A stretch of DNA of 63,822 nt, counting the filler, from a bacterium (GTDB lineage: Bacteria > JBBIVP01), in assembly GCA_037439705.1 (NCBI GenBank). It is 6 parts of 6 records of this genome, joined end to end, with 100 filler letters (N's around TTAATTAATTAA, not from the genome) between each part and the next. Parts side by side here need not be neighbours in the genome. Positions count along the whole stretch, not along the records: positions 44,352 to 54,896 come from JBBIVP010000061.1; positions 54,997 to 63,822 come from JBBIVP010000084.1; 4 more parts are not named here. One strand, given 5' to 3'. The notes under the pieces are model-generated. The model saw only the letters and a list, made by a program, of their open reading frames with translations, ran no database searches and was not told the DNA's origin. Position numbers and translations under genes: made by a program. Of this stretch, positions 48,935 through 58,000 are shown piece by piece (the first letter of the stretch is position 1; the number at the start of each line of letters is the position of its first letter).

Positions 48935-51490
48935 CTAAGGGAGGGTCTGAAGGAGGGTTGAAACCTCCTTTATTCTTCCATCCCGAGGATCTGCATTTTT
49001 CAGAAATACATTGAGGTGTGTTTTTGCTGTATCAAAATCTCCCATTTCAACCATTATCATTCCGAGATGATAATTTGCATCGGGATTTTGTGGTTCAATT
49101 TTGAGTGCTTCATTCAAAAGCCGGATCGCTTCCCCTGTGTTTCCAACTTTTCTCTCAGAAACAGCCAGTCCGATAAGCGTCTTCAAATCCGGTTTTTTCT
49201 TTTCAACTGGAGGAGGTGAAGGAGGTTTTGCTTCTTTTGGTTTTTCTTCTAAAGACCGGAGTTTCCTCTTTGCGGATTCTAAATATTCTCCATCCTTTAC
49301 CATTGAATAATATCTTATTGCTTCCTCCTTTCTCCCCTTTTTTTCCATAAAATTTCCTATTTGATAATAAGCGTCAGATGAGCCTACTTCTTCAAGAATT
49401 TTGATTCCCCTTTCATCACCTTTTTCAAAGTATGAAATGCCAGCCAGCATCATTATTCTTTTGTCTTTTTGTATTAACCTATTAAATGCGTTAAGAATAA
49501 AATCATAATTTTTTCTTGACCAAGCGCATTCTATCGCCTTCTTTTTCCACTCATCCGGGAATTTTTCAATAAAGTTATTGAGTTTTTCAAATGAAACCAT
49601 ATCACATGCCTCTTTTAGGAGAATGAACCAGGTTAACGGAATGTTGATTCCTTCAAGAATTGAAACACCTTTTTTTCTGTTCAGAAGAAGGAGAAGCCTT
49701 CCGGATATGAATTTTGAGAGAAGGTTCTCCGGGACTTCTTCTATTGTTGAGGAAGTCGGGCTTCCGGATAGGGTATCTATGTAATTTTTAAGGAGGAGGC
49801 AGAATTTTTCATTTTCTTTACATTTGGGAGATTGGGGGATTGAATCAAACCACCCTGCTTCATATCCAATTGCCTGAAGGGCTATTTTTATCTTTTCTCC
49901 TTTTATTTCTTTATATCCATTAAGGAATTCCTCCTTATCCACCACGGTGATAAGTTTTTCTGCTTTTTTCAAATCCCTTTCATCTCCTTTACCCCTTCCA
50001 AAAATTATGAAGAATATGAGTCCGCTCAGTATGAACGGGAGTGGTAATATCTTCAGAAAACTTTTTTTCCATTTTATTTCTTTTTTCACAGGCGGGCTTA
50101 CGGGCTTGAAAACTATCTTTTTAACAGGTGTTTCTCCCACTTGTTCCGTTTCTTCTTCGGTTTCAGGGCTTTCCTCCATTTCTTCCATCTGTTCTCCCAC
50201 ATGTTTCTTTTCTTCTTCGGTTTCAGAGTTTTCCTCCACTTCTTCCATTTGTTCTTCAGACTCCTCAAAGTTTTCTTCCTTGGCAATCTCTTTCACCGGA
50301 GGAAGCACTTCTTCTAAGAGGGTTTCCTCCTCTTTTAATTCTTCATAACCGCTCATTACCTTGTGTTTTTCCTCGGGATATTGTCTTATGACTTCAAGTT
50401 CTTCAGGAGGCGAGAAAGAGACAGGCGCTCTTTTTTCCTCAACTATTTCTTTTTCAACCTCTCTTTCCTCCGGAGGTGAAAGCAGTAGTTCCTCTGGTTT
50501 TTGAGATGGAATTTCTTCTTCCTCCAGCGTCTCCTCTTTCTCAGGCTCTTTTTCAAGTTCCTTTATTTTCTCCTCTTCAATCTTTGGCTTCTCCCTTTCA
50601 GGCTCTTCTTTCTCAACCTTTTCCTCTTCCTTAACTTCTGACTTTATCCCCTTTTCTACGGACAAAATACCTGCAAGAAAAAGAAAGTATAATTTTTCTT
50701 CAATTCTTTTCTTTTCTTCATCAGTGAATCCCAAATTTCCCGTTTCTATCTTTTTTATCAGATTAGTCTCATAGGGTGTAAGGAACCACAAACCCTCTTT
50801 TTTTATTATGTTAAGGGATGGAAGTTTATCCTCAAGAGGAATAAAAGATGGTCCCTTTCTCTTTCTTGCGATTTCCCTTATAACCTCTGAGAGATGAATG
50901 ATGGATTCTTCTGAAAGTAACTCTTTTAATGGTGAAAATGAAAAATTGAATTCTTCATTATCCATCCGAAGCAGGAGTTTCTCAAAATCCCCCTTTTCCA
51001 TCCATCCGTAAGAAATCCTGATTTTTTCGCCGTTTATTTGAACCTCGCAATTTCTCAGTGTATAAAGAGGATCCGATAGAATTCTTACCAGACCTTCAAA
51101 ATCAACCTTTGAATCCTCGGGAGGCGGTAAGAAATCTATTTCTTCTTTCAGAAGGCATTCTTCAATCTCCATCCAGTCAAGTGGTTTATAGATTATTCCA
51201 TCTGCTTTCCACCTTTCCATAAGCTCTTCTTTTGAAAGTCCTCTTGATACGCTTAGATAGACCCTTGAATCTTTAAATTTTTCTTTTGTCTTTTTGCAGA
51301 CAAGATAGCCGTTTTCCCTGGGAAGAAATACATCTATTATCGCAACGAAGCTTTCAAGCCCTTCTACTTTATTGTAAAAACTCTCCACATCATCAAAACA
51401 GACCGGTTTGAGGCACAAAAATTCTATTATTCTTTCTATTTCTTTTTTTAATTCCTCCTCCCAGCACAAAAATATCAATTCCTTTCCCAT
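48935..51490 (-). CDS. Receiver-like domain + acidic/Pro linker + TM + TPR protein
   Basis: IIDVFLPRENGYLVC..ADGIIYKP; E/P-rich linker; TM LPFILSGLIFFIIFG; TPR ALKIEPQNPDANYHLG. Confidence 0.75.
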   Translation of the reverse strand: MGKELIFLCWEEELKKEIERIIEFLCLKPVCFDDVESFYNKVEGLESFVAIIDVFLPRENGYLVCKKTKEKFKDSRVYLSVSRGLSKEELMERWKADGIIYKPLDWMEIEECLLKEEIDFLPPPEDSKVDFEGLVRILSDPLYTLRNCEVQINGEKIRISYGWMEKGDFEKLLLRMDNEEFNFSFSPLKELLSEESIIHLSEVIREIARKRKGPSFIPLEDKLPSLNIIKKEGLWFLTPYETNLIKKIETGNLGFTDEEKKRIEEKLYFLFLAGILSVEKGIKSEVKEEEKVEKEEPEREKPKIEEEKIKELEKEPEKEETLEEEEIPSQKPEELLLSPPEEREVEKEIVEEKRAPVSFSPPEELEVIRQYPEEKHKVMSGYEELKEEETLLEEVLPPVKEIAKEENFEESEEQMEEVEENSETEEEKKHVGEQMEEMEESPETEEETEQVGETPVKKIVFKPVSPPVKKEIKWKKSFLKILPLPFILSGLIFFIIFGRGKGDERDLKKAEKLITVVDKEEFLNGYKEIKGEKIKIALQAIGYEAGWFDSIPQSPKCKENEKFCLLLKNYIDTLSGSPTSSTIEEVPENLLSKFISGRLLLLLNRKKGVSILEGINIPLTWFILLKEACDMVSFEKLNNFIEKFPDEWKKKAIECAWSRKNYDFILNAFNRLIQKDKRIMMLAGISYFEKGDERGIKILEEVGSSDAYYQIGNFMEKKGRKEEAIRYYSMVKDGEYLESAKRKLRSLEEKPKEAKPPSPPPVEKKKPDLKTLIGLAVSERKVGNTGEAIRLLNEALKIEPQNPDANYHLGMIMVEMGDFDTAKTHLNVFLKNADPRDGRIKEVSTLLQTLP
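50131..50255. repeat. 60-bp tandem duplication within acidic linker
   Basis: 50131-50190 closely matches 50191-50250 (EQMEE.EE..ETEEE...VG). Confidence 0.85.
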
Positions 51491-51602
51491 GTTTAAATTA
51501 TACCATCTTTTTAAACAAAAATCTATTTTTTTGTTGAGGAAAGAAACAGAAATTATTTAATCCAGTAACGCATTTTAGAAATAAAAATCTTTATGTGATA
51601 AT

Positions 51603-52670
51603 ATGTATGATATGGATGAGAAATTTTATATGAGGGAGGCTATAAAACTTGCAAAAAAGGGACTCGGATGGACATCTCCGAATCCATCGGTCGGAGCAGT
51701 AATTGTCAAAAATGGAAGAATTGTGGGAAAAGGATACCACAAAAAAGCCGGACTCCCCCATGCGGAGGTATGTGCTATAGAAGATGCTGGAAAAAAAGCA
51801 AAGGGAGGAATTCTTTTTGTTACCCTTGAGCCATGCGCCCATTACGGAAAAACCCCACCGTGTACTTCCGCAATAATTTCGGCGGGAATAAATGAGGTTT
51901 ACATAGGGCATATTGACCCGAATCCTATTGTTCGTGGAAAAGGAATAGAAGTTCTGAAAAGACACGGAATAAAGGTAAAGACAGGTATACTTGAAGAAGA
52001 ATGCAGAGAACTAAACAGAGGATACATAAAATTCATGGAAACCGGAACGCCATTCGTAACCTTCAAACTTGCCCTCACATTGAACGGAAAATTTTACATT
52101 CCTTCTATGAGATACATCTCCTGCGAAGTCGCTCTGAAATATGTCCACCACTTGAGGGCGACTCACGATGCAATCCTCACCGGAGGAGAAACCTTAAGAG
52201 TTGACAATCCCCGTCTATCCGTCCGTTTAGTGAAAGGGAAACAGCCTGTAAAAGTGATTTTAACCGAAAGCCTTTCTATCCCTGAAGAAAGCCTGATTTT
52301 TAAAGAAAGTGGCGAAACAGTCCTGTTCGTTCCTCATGGAGTCCAGAAACCGGAAGAACTTAAAAAGTTAGGGGTAGAAATAATAGAAGTGGAAAGAACT
52401 TCATCGGGTCTTTCGCTGAAAGAGGTTTTGAAGAAACTGGCAGAAAAAAGAATTATGAACATCCTCGTTGAAGGCGGAGAAACGCTTTTAGAAAGTTTTA
52501 TAAAAGAAAAACTGGTTGACAGATATATCTTCATAATCTCTCCTTTCATAGGAGGAAGGGGAAAATCAATTTTTAAAGATGGAGAATGGATGGAGAAATT
52601 AAAAATCAAAAAGATAATGAAAAAAGGGAGGGATTTTGTTATAATAGGAGAAGGATGTTTACAGGAATAA
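51603..52670 (+). CDS. ribD: Riboflavin biosynthesis deaminase/reductase
   Basis: TSPNPSVGAV, PHAE, TLEPCAHYGKTPPC, DNPRL, VEGG. Confidence 0.96.
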   Translation: MYDMDEKFYMREAIKLAKKGLGWTSPNPSVGAVIVKNGRIVGKGYHKKAGLPHAEVCAIEDAGKKAKGGILFVTLEPCAHYGKTPPCTSAIISAGINEVYIGHIDPNPIVRGKGIEVLKRHGIKVKTGILEEECRELNRGYIKFMETGTPFVTFKLALTLNGKFYIPSMRYISCEVALKYVHHLRATHDAILTGGETLRVDNPRLSVRLVKGKQPVKVILTESLSIPEESLIFKESGETVLFVPHGVQKPEELKKLGVEIIEVERTSSGLSLKEVLKKLAEKRIMNILVEGGETLLESFIKEKLVDRYIFIISPFIGGRGKSIFKDGEWMEKLKIKKIMKKGRDFVIIGEGCLQE

Positions 52671-53278
52671 TAGAAGGAATTGGAAAAATTGTAAGAAGGG
52701 ACGAGAGATTCATTTTTATACAGCCTTCATTCACCGTTGAAAATCTAAAAAGTGGGGAAAGCTTCTCTGTGGATGGAGTTTGTTTAACCCTTCTTGAAGA
52801 AAAACTTCCTTTAAAGTTTGAACTATCAAAAAAAACATCTCTCGGGACCTCCCTTCATAAAAAAAAGAGTAGCGAATTTGTAAACCTTGAAAGGGCAATG
52901 AGAATTGGCGACAGGTTTTCAGGTCATATACTACTCGGACATGTTGATGGAACAGGAAGAATTCTGTTTCTTGACAGAAAAGGAGAGGACTTTCTGTTAA
53001 GAGTTAAATATCCGCTTAACCTTTCAGAATTTATCGTGCCGATGGGAAGCATAGGTGTTGACGGAATAAGTTTGACAGTCCAGAAAGTCTTTGAGGATAC
53101 CTTTGAATGCGTAATCCTTCCTTATACCTATAATAAGACCACACTCCAGTTGAAGAAGAAAGGAGATGAAGTAAATTTAGAGGTTGATATAATAGCAAGA
53201 TATATAAAAGGAATACAAATGAAAGAAGAAAGGTTAAGGAAAAATGAAAAAATAATGAAGTTTCTGGAGGAAAGATGA
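52655..53278 (+). CDS. ribE: Riboflavin synthase
   Basis: MFTGIIE start at 52655 with SD; VDGVCLT, NLERA, GHVDG, DGISLT, NLEVD. Confidence 0.96.
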   Translation: MFTGIIEGIGKIVRRDERFIFIQPSFTVENLKSGESFSVDGVCLTLLEEKLPLKFELSKKTSLGTSLHKKKSSEFVNLERAMRIGDRFSGHILLGHVDGTGRILFLDRKGEDFLLRVKYPLNLSEFIVPMGSIGVDGISLTVQKVFEDTFECVILPYTYNKTTLQLKKKGDEVNLEVDIIARYIKGIQMKEERLRKNEKIMKFLEER

Positions 53279-54492
53279 TTGCAACAATTGAAGAAGCCAT
53301 TGAGGATATAAAAAACGGAAAGATGGTCATCCTCGTTGATGACGAAGACAGGGAAAACGAGGGTGACCTGACAATATCTGCTGAAAAGGTTACACCTCAG
53401 GCAATAAACTTTATGGCAAAATATGGAAGAGGTTTGATATGTCTTGCCCTTACTGAAGAAAAAGCAGCACAACTTGACCTCAAACCTATGGTTTCAAATA
53501 ATACCGCACCATTTCAAACCAACTTCACAGTTTCAATTGACGCAAGGGAAGGAATTACAACCGGAATTTCTGCATGGGATAGAGCATGGACAATAAAAAC
53601 TGCTGTTCGGGATGATGCAAAACCAGAAGATTTTGTGAGACCGGGGCATGTTTTCCCGCTTATTGCAAGGAAGGGAGGAGTTCTTGTCAGAGCAGGACAG
53701 ACAGAGGGTTCTGTTGACCTCGCAAGGCTTGCGGGATTAAAACCCCTCGCTGTTATATGTGAAATAATGAAAGATGATGGAACAATGGCCCGGCTTCCAG
53801 ACCTTATTGAATTTGCAAAGCAACATTCCTTAAAGATAGTCACGATTGCAGATTTAATTCAATACAGATTGAGGCATGAGAGGTTTGTAAAGAGATCTGC
53901 TGAAGCCACCCTTCCAACTGTTTTCGGGGAGTTTAAAATAATTGTCTACGAGAATGAAATAAATGACGATAAGCATGTAGCCCTTGTGATGGGTGAATTC
54001 ACGCCCGATACTCCGGTACTTGTCAGGGTTCATTCGGAATGCCTCACCGGGGATCTATTCGGTTCTCTGAGGTGTGATTGCGGTCCTCAACTTTTCAGTG
54101 CTTTGAAAAAGATATCCGAAGAAAAAAGGGGGGTTCTCCTTTATCTTAGACAGGAAGGAAGAGGAATTGGGCTGATAAACAAGATAAAGGCATACGCCAT
54201 TCAGGAAAAGGGATACGATACGGTAGAAGCAAACAGAAAACTCGGATTTCCGCCTGACCTGAGAGAATACGGAATAGGCGCTCAGATATTAAAAGACCTG
54301 GGTCTCGGAAAAATAAGGCTTATGACAAACAATCCAAAAAAAATAGTGGGGCTTGAAGGGTATGGGTTAAGGGTTGTTGAAAGGGTTTCCCTTGAGATTT
54401 CTCCAAACGAGATAAATCTCAAATACCTCTTGACGAAAAAAGAAAAACTCGGACATCTTATAGAGATTAAAAAAATAGGAGGAAAGAAGTGA
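53275..54492 (+). CDS. ribBA: Bifunctional DHBP synthase / GTP cyclohydrolase II
   Basis: [49 protein letters not shown]. Confidence 0.97.
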   Translation: MIATIEEAIEDIKNGKMVILVDDEDRENEGDLTISAEKVTPQAINFMAKYGRGLICLALTEEKAAQLDLKPMVSNNTAPFQTNFTVSIDAREGITTGISAWDRAWTIKTAVRDDAKPEDFVRPGHVFPLIARKGGVLVRAGQTEGSVDLARLAGLKPLAVICEIMKDDGTMARLPDLIEFAKQHSLKIVTIADLIQYRLRHERFVKRSAEATLPTVFGEFKIIVYENEINDDKHVALVMGEFTPDTPVLVRVHSECLTGDLFGSLRCDCGPQLFSALKKISEEKRGVLLYLRQEGRGIGLINKIKAYAIQEKGYDTVEANRKLGFPPDLREYGIGAQILKDLGLGKIRLMTNNPKKIVGLEGYGLRVVERVSLEISPNEINLKYLLTKKEKLGHLIEIKKIGGKK

Positions 54493-54896
54493 AAAAATAC
54501 GAAGGAAAACTTGATGGAAAGGGACTGAAGATAGGCATCATTAAGAGTAGATTTAATCACCTGATTACAGACAGGCTTCTTGAAGGAGCAATAGATTGCC
54601 TCATAAGGCATGGAGTTGACGAAAAGGATATAGATATTTTTCTAGTCCCGGGAAGTTTTGAAATACCTCCTGTAGCAAAAAGACTTGCATCTTCCCAAAA
54701 GTATGATGCAATAATAGTCCTCGGCGCTATAATTAAAGGAGGAACTGTCCATTTTGATTATATTGCCACAGAGGTCACAAAGGGTATAGCACAGGTATCC
54801 CTTGAAACAGGCGTTCCTGTTTTCAACGGCGTAATAACAGTGGAAGACATTGAGCAGGCAGTGGAAAGGGCCGGAACAAAGATGGGAAACAAGGGT
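54489..54896 (+). CDS. ribH: Lumazine synthase, truncated at contig end
   Basis: [32 protein letters not shown]. Confidence 0.96.
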
Positions 54897-54996
54897 NNNN
54901 NNNNNNNNNNNNNNNNNNNNNNNNNNNNNNNNNNNNNNNNTTAATTAATTAANNNNNNNNNNNNNNNNNNNNNNNNNNNNNNNNNNNNNNNNNNNN
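54897..54996. other. Artificial contig linker
   Basis: N44-TTAATTAATTAA-N44. Confidence 0.99.
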
Positions 54997-55342
54997 AAGG
55001 GATTTGTTTCATCTCTCACTCCTTAATGTCGCTCATATCTTAACTTTTCCACCCCCCCTTGTTCAAAAAATTTCAACAAAAAACACTTTTCTCTTAGTAA
55101 TGATATACATATTGTTCTACAAAAACCCGCTTGGAAAAACCTTCTTTAGAAAAACAGATTACCATTTTGAAAAATCAGAACCTATCCCCACTTCAAAAAT
55201 AGCTCAAAAATAGTATCCACGGGGTAAATTTTATAGAAGAGGGAGTGAAAGAATGTTTATAGATAATATATTGGGTATTATTCCATAAAAATCCCACATT
55301 TTTTGGATACACATTTTAAATCCTTTTCATAAAATTCTCTTT

Positions 55343-55699
55343 ATGGAAGAGAAAGAAGTTTTGGAACAACTTGGAGAAAGGAGAAAGAAACTGAGGAAGG
55401 AAAGAGGATGGTCTCAGGAAATTCTCGCAGATTTCACAGGATATCACTGGAAGACAATAAGTTTGCTTGAGTGCGGAAAGTTAAACCCATCGTTCATTTT
55501 TCTGTGGAGAATAGCAAAAGCATTTAACATCTCAGTAGCAGATTTATTTCCTGAAATATCTCAATCAATTATACCTCCTTTGCATCATAAAGAACTCTCT
55601 GCTGTTTTTACTACTGACATTGTCATGGATAGTTCTGAGGAGGAAGTAAACCATCTTCTAACAATTTTAAAATCCCTGAAAAAACTCAGAAAGAGATAA
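55343..55699 (+). CDS. XRE/Cro-CI family HTH regulator
   Basis: LGERRKKLRKERGWSQEILA...ISLLECGKLNPS...IAKAFNISVADLF. Confidence 0.9.
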   Translation: MEEKEVLEQLGERRKKLRKERGWSQEILADFTGYHWKTISLLECGKLNPSFIFLWRIAKAFNISVADLFPEISQSIIPPLHHKELSAVFTTDIVMDSSEEEVNHLLTILKSLKKLRKR

Positions 55700-55771
55700 C
55701 AACTTCCTTCCTCACGAGACTTCTTTATTCCATGGTTGTATATTCATATAGAGGAGGTGTGCGCCGCTATG

Positions 55772-55799
55772 TTGACAATTTGTGAATTTTTGGTATATT
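55772..55799 (+). promoter_or_regulatory. Near-consensus sigma-70 promoter
   Basis: TTGACA-N16-TATATT with extended TG; no long ORF downstream. Confidence 0.65.
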
Positions 55800-55807
55800 C
55801 ATTTTCA

Positions 55808-55970
55808 GTAAGAGAGCATATAACCATCAAAGCTGGTAATTCGGAACTTTGAGCCCGAAAATGCTTAATCGGAGGTGTTATAGGAGGGAGGAGCCATTGT
55901 TCTGACCCTGAGGGTGGAAAATCCCCCTTTTGTCTTGCCTTGATGGTCTCCCCGCTACTTTCTCTCTTAC
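55808..55970. ncRNA. Candidate structured ncRNA abutting IS110 remnant (strand unresolved)
   Basis: Nested inverted repeats 55808-16/55962-70 (9 bp) and 55823-33/55937-47 (11 bp); alternative two-hairpin junction 55815-55865 with complementary loops. Confidence 0.5.
55911..55936 (+). terminator. Possible intrinsic terminator
   Basis: AGGGTGGA-AAA-TCCCCCT followed by TTTGTCTT. Confidence 0.35.
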
Positions 55971-56313
55971 CAAATTCCAGCAAAGAACATCGCCTCCCTC
56001 AAAGCCGGATTTCCCCTCTTTGAAATATGCGATTTACTTCTTGCCTTCCCGGATTGATAAAAAACCAAGTTTAGCCCCATGAATTTCAAAACCTCATTTA
56101 GGGATTGAAAAGTGCCCTCCATCCCGCTTCTCTCCTTCCATTTCCTTATTTCTTCTAAAAGACTTCTGAATCCCTCCCCATCGTTTGAAAAATTGAGTGG
56201 ACCATACCTACTACCATCGGGAGTAAGTCCAACTGCAGTGTGCCTTTCTCCCTACGCTCAAACCCCACAACCAATACCTTCTCATGGTATAACTTTTCCA
56301 TCTTTCACCTCCT
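55967..56313 (-). mobile_element. IS110-family transposase remnant (frameshifted, large internal deletion)
   Basis: SD AGGAGGTG + ATG 56301; VLVVGFE../ERHTAVG...FSNDGEGFRSLL fused to FQSLNEVLKFMGL...YQSGK...HISKRGNPALREAMFFA. Confidence 0.85.
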
Positions 56314-56343
56314 GATTTTTTCTATAACAATAACATAAATATA

Positions 56344-57108
56344 TCATGAATTAATATATGGCATTCTGACCCCAAAACCTTGTTTTATTCCAGTATATAC
56401 AATCGCTATTCCTCCTGTTAATGCTCTTGAATCCATCACCCTTATGCCTGCTCTTTCAAGAAGCCTTATAACTTCATCTTTTTTCATAAAACCCCTGATT
56501 GATGAGGAAAGGTATTCGTAGGCTCCTTTTGAACCCGATACAATCCCTCCTATAAACGGCAGAATTTTACCAAGGTAAACGGAATATAAGAGTGAAAAAA
56601 TTCTATTTTCTGGCATAGAAAACTCAAGGATGATTAATTTCCCCCCTCTTTTTAAAACCCGAACTATCTCCGAAATTCCTGTCTCATAGGAAGAAAAATT
56701 TCGCAAACCGAACCCGATGGTAATCAGGTCAAATACCCCGTCCTTAAAAGGAAGAGACAAGGCATTCCCTTTTATAAGGAAAAAGTTATCTGTGATTTTT
56801 CTTTTTTCTGCCTTCTTCCCTGCTAATCTGAGCATTTTCTCAGAAAGGTCAACCCCAAAAACCCTGTGTCCCATGGCTCTCAATACGATTGCAAGGTCTC
56901 CTGTTCCGGTGCAAAGGTCAAGGACCGTAAGAATTTCCGGAGAATTTACAAGTTTGAAAACCGTTCTCCGCCACTTTCTGTCAAAATTTAAACTTAAAAG
57001 ATGATTTAAAAAATCGTATTTATGAGCAATGGATGAAAACATTCTTTCAATCTCCTCTGGTGCGGGATTTTGCTTACCTTTTAATTTTTCCTGGCAATAT
57101 AAATTCAT
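56344..57108 (-). CDS. menG: Demethylmenaquinone/ubiquinone methyltransferase
   Basis: MFSSIAHKYDFLNHLLS, VLDLCTGTGD, GFGLRN, ILEFS, AYEYL. Confidence 0.92.
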   Translation of the reverse strand: MNLYCQEKLKGKQNPAPEEIERMFSSIAHKYDFLNHLLSLNFDRKWRRTVFKLVNSPEILTVLDLCTGTGDLAIVLRAMGHRVFGVDLSEKMLRLAGKKAEKRKITDNFFLIKGNALSLPFKDGVFDLITIGFGLRNFSSYETGISEIVRVLKRGGKLIILEFSMPENRIFSLLYSVYLGKILPFIGGIVSGSKGAYEYLSSSIRGFMKKDEVIRLLERAGIRVMDSRALTGGIAIVYTGIKQGFGVRMPYINS

Positions 57109-58000
57109 ACCTTTTTCTTAGAAGGTTCATTTTAAAAAATCTGTGGGTTTTCCTCAAAAACTGAAACAGGCTCCAGATGAAGGCGTCTCTTTTGTAATAG
57201 GATTTTACTTCTTCAAATGTTATCTTTTTATCAAGAACCCTGTTAGCCACATCTAAAACCTTATATATAATTTCCGGAACACCTTCTTTGAAAAGGTTTG
57301 CAATAAGGTCTGTGACTACGAGACGAAAATCGTAATATCTGTCAAGAATTTCCTGAAGAAATATGTATCTTACAATTATGTTTAAAATGGGTGGAACGCT
57401 TTTTAAAAACAGTCCCGCTTTGAGCATTTCCTCACCGTTTTTCCTGTAAAGGGGAGTTGAAACATCAAAATAAAGCAGATTTATATCCTCCCTTTCCGAA
57501 TCCTCCACTATCCAGTTAGAAATCTGTCCGTCAATCCCCACCTTTATATTCTCACTCCTCTCGTTGAATTCCTTCACTTTTTTCAGCTCGTAGATTACCC
57601 GTTCAAAAACCTCTATTGCCCTTTTTTCATCCAGACCCTTTATAAAGAAATTTCCGATTTTTGATTGCGGAAATTCCCTCTGAACCACATAATAAACAAT
57701 CCTTCCATCCGAAGTTTTAATTTTTACTCCCCCTGTATCAATTACACTTATTCCCACATTCCTTAGAACTTCTATGTATTCTTTTAAAATTCTTTCGTAC
57801 TCATCAGCCTCCTCCTCGCAAGAAAAAATTGGAAGCCTTTTAAAAGCAAGGGAATGAAAGGCCGGATGGTCTATCAGAAAGACCGTGCTTATTTCTCCAT
57901 AACCGATAATCCTCGCCGGCATCTTACTTTTTTCTGGATATCTGGTATTTATTCCTTCCTCAAATTTTCTTAAAACTTCCTCATCTACCTCAAATCTCAT
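57074..58000 (-). CDS. DUF6206-like protein (possible kinase fold)
   Basis: IGYGEISTVF, AFKRLP, GIDGQISNW, YFDVSTP. Confidence 0.6.
   Translation of the reverse strand: MRFEVDEEVLRKFEEGINTRYPEKSKMPARIIGYGEISTVFLIDHPAFHSLAFKRLPIFSCEEEADEYERILKEYIEVLRNVGISVIDTGGVKIKTSDGRIVYYVVQREFPQSKIGNFFIKGLDEKRAIEVFERVIYELKKVKEFNERSENIKVGIDGQISNWIVEDSEREDINLLYFDVSTPLYRKNGEEMLKAGLFLKSVPPILNIIVRYIFLQEILDRYYDFRLVVTDLIANLFKEGVPEIIYKVLDVANRVLDKKITFEEVKSYYKRDAFIWSLFQFLRKTHRFFKMNLLRKRYEFILPGKIKR

Noticed and set aside
51491-51602. FMN riboswitch upstream of ribD
   Set aside because: Short AT-rich divergent intergenic region with no RFN conserved motifs
55769-55852. 27-aa ORF MLTICEFLVYSFSVREHITIKAGNSEL after AGGAGGT as a type I toxin
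   Set aside because: Overlaps the promoter boxes, lacks a full TM helix and has no other support
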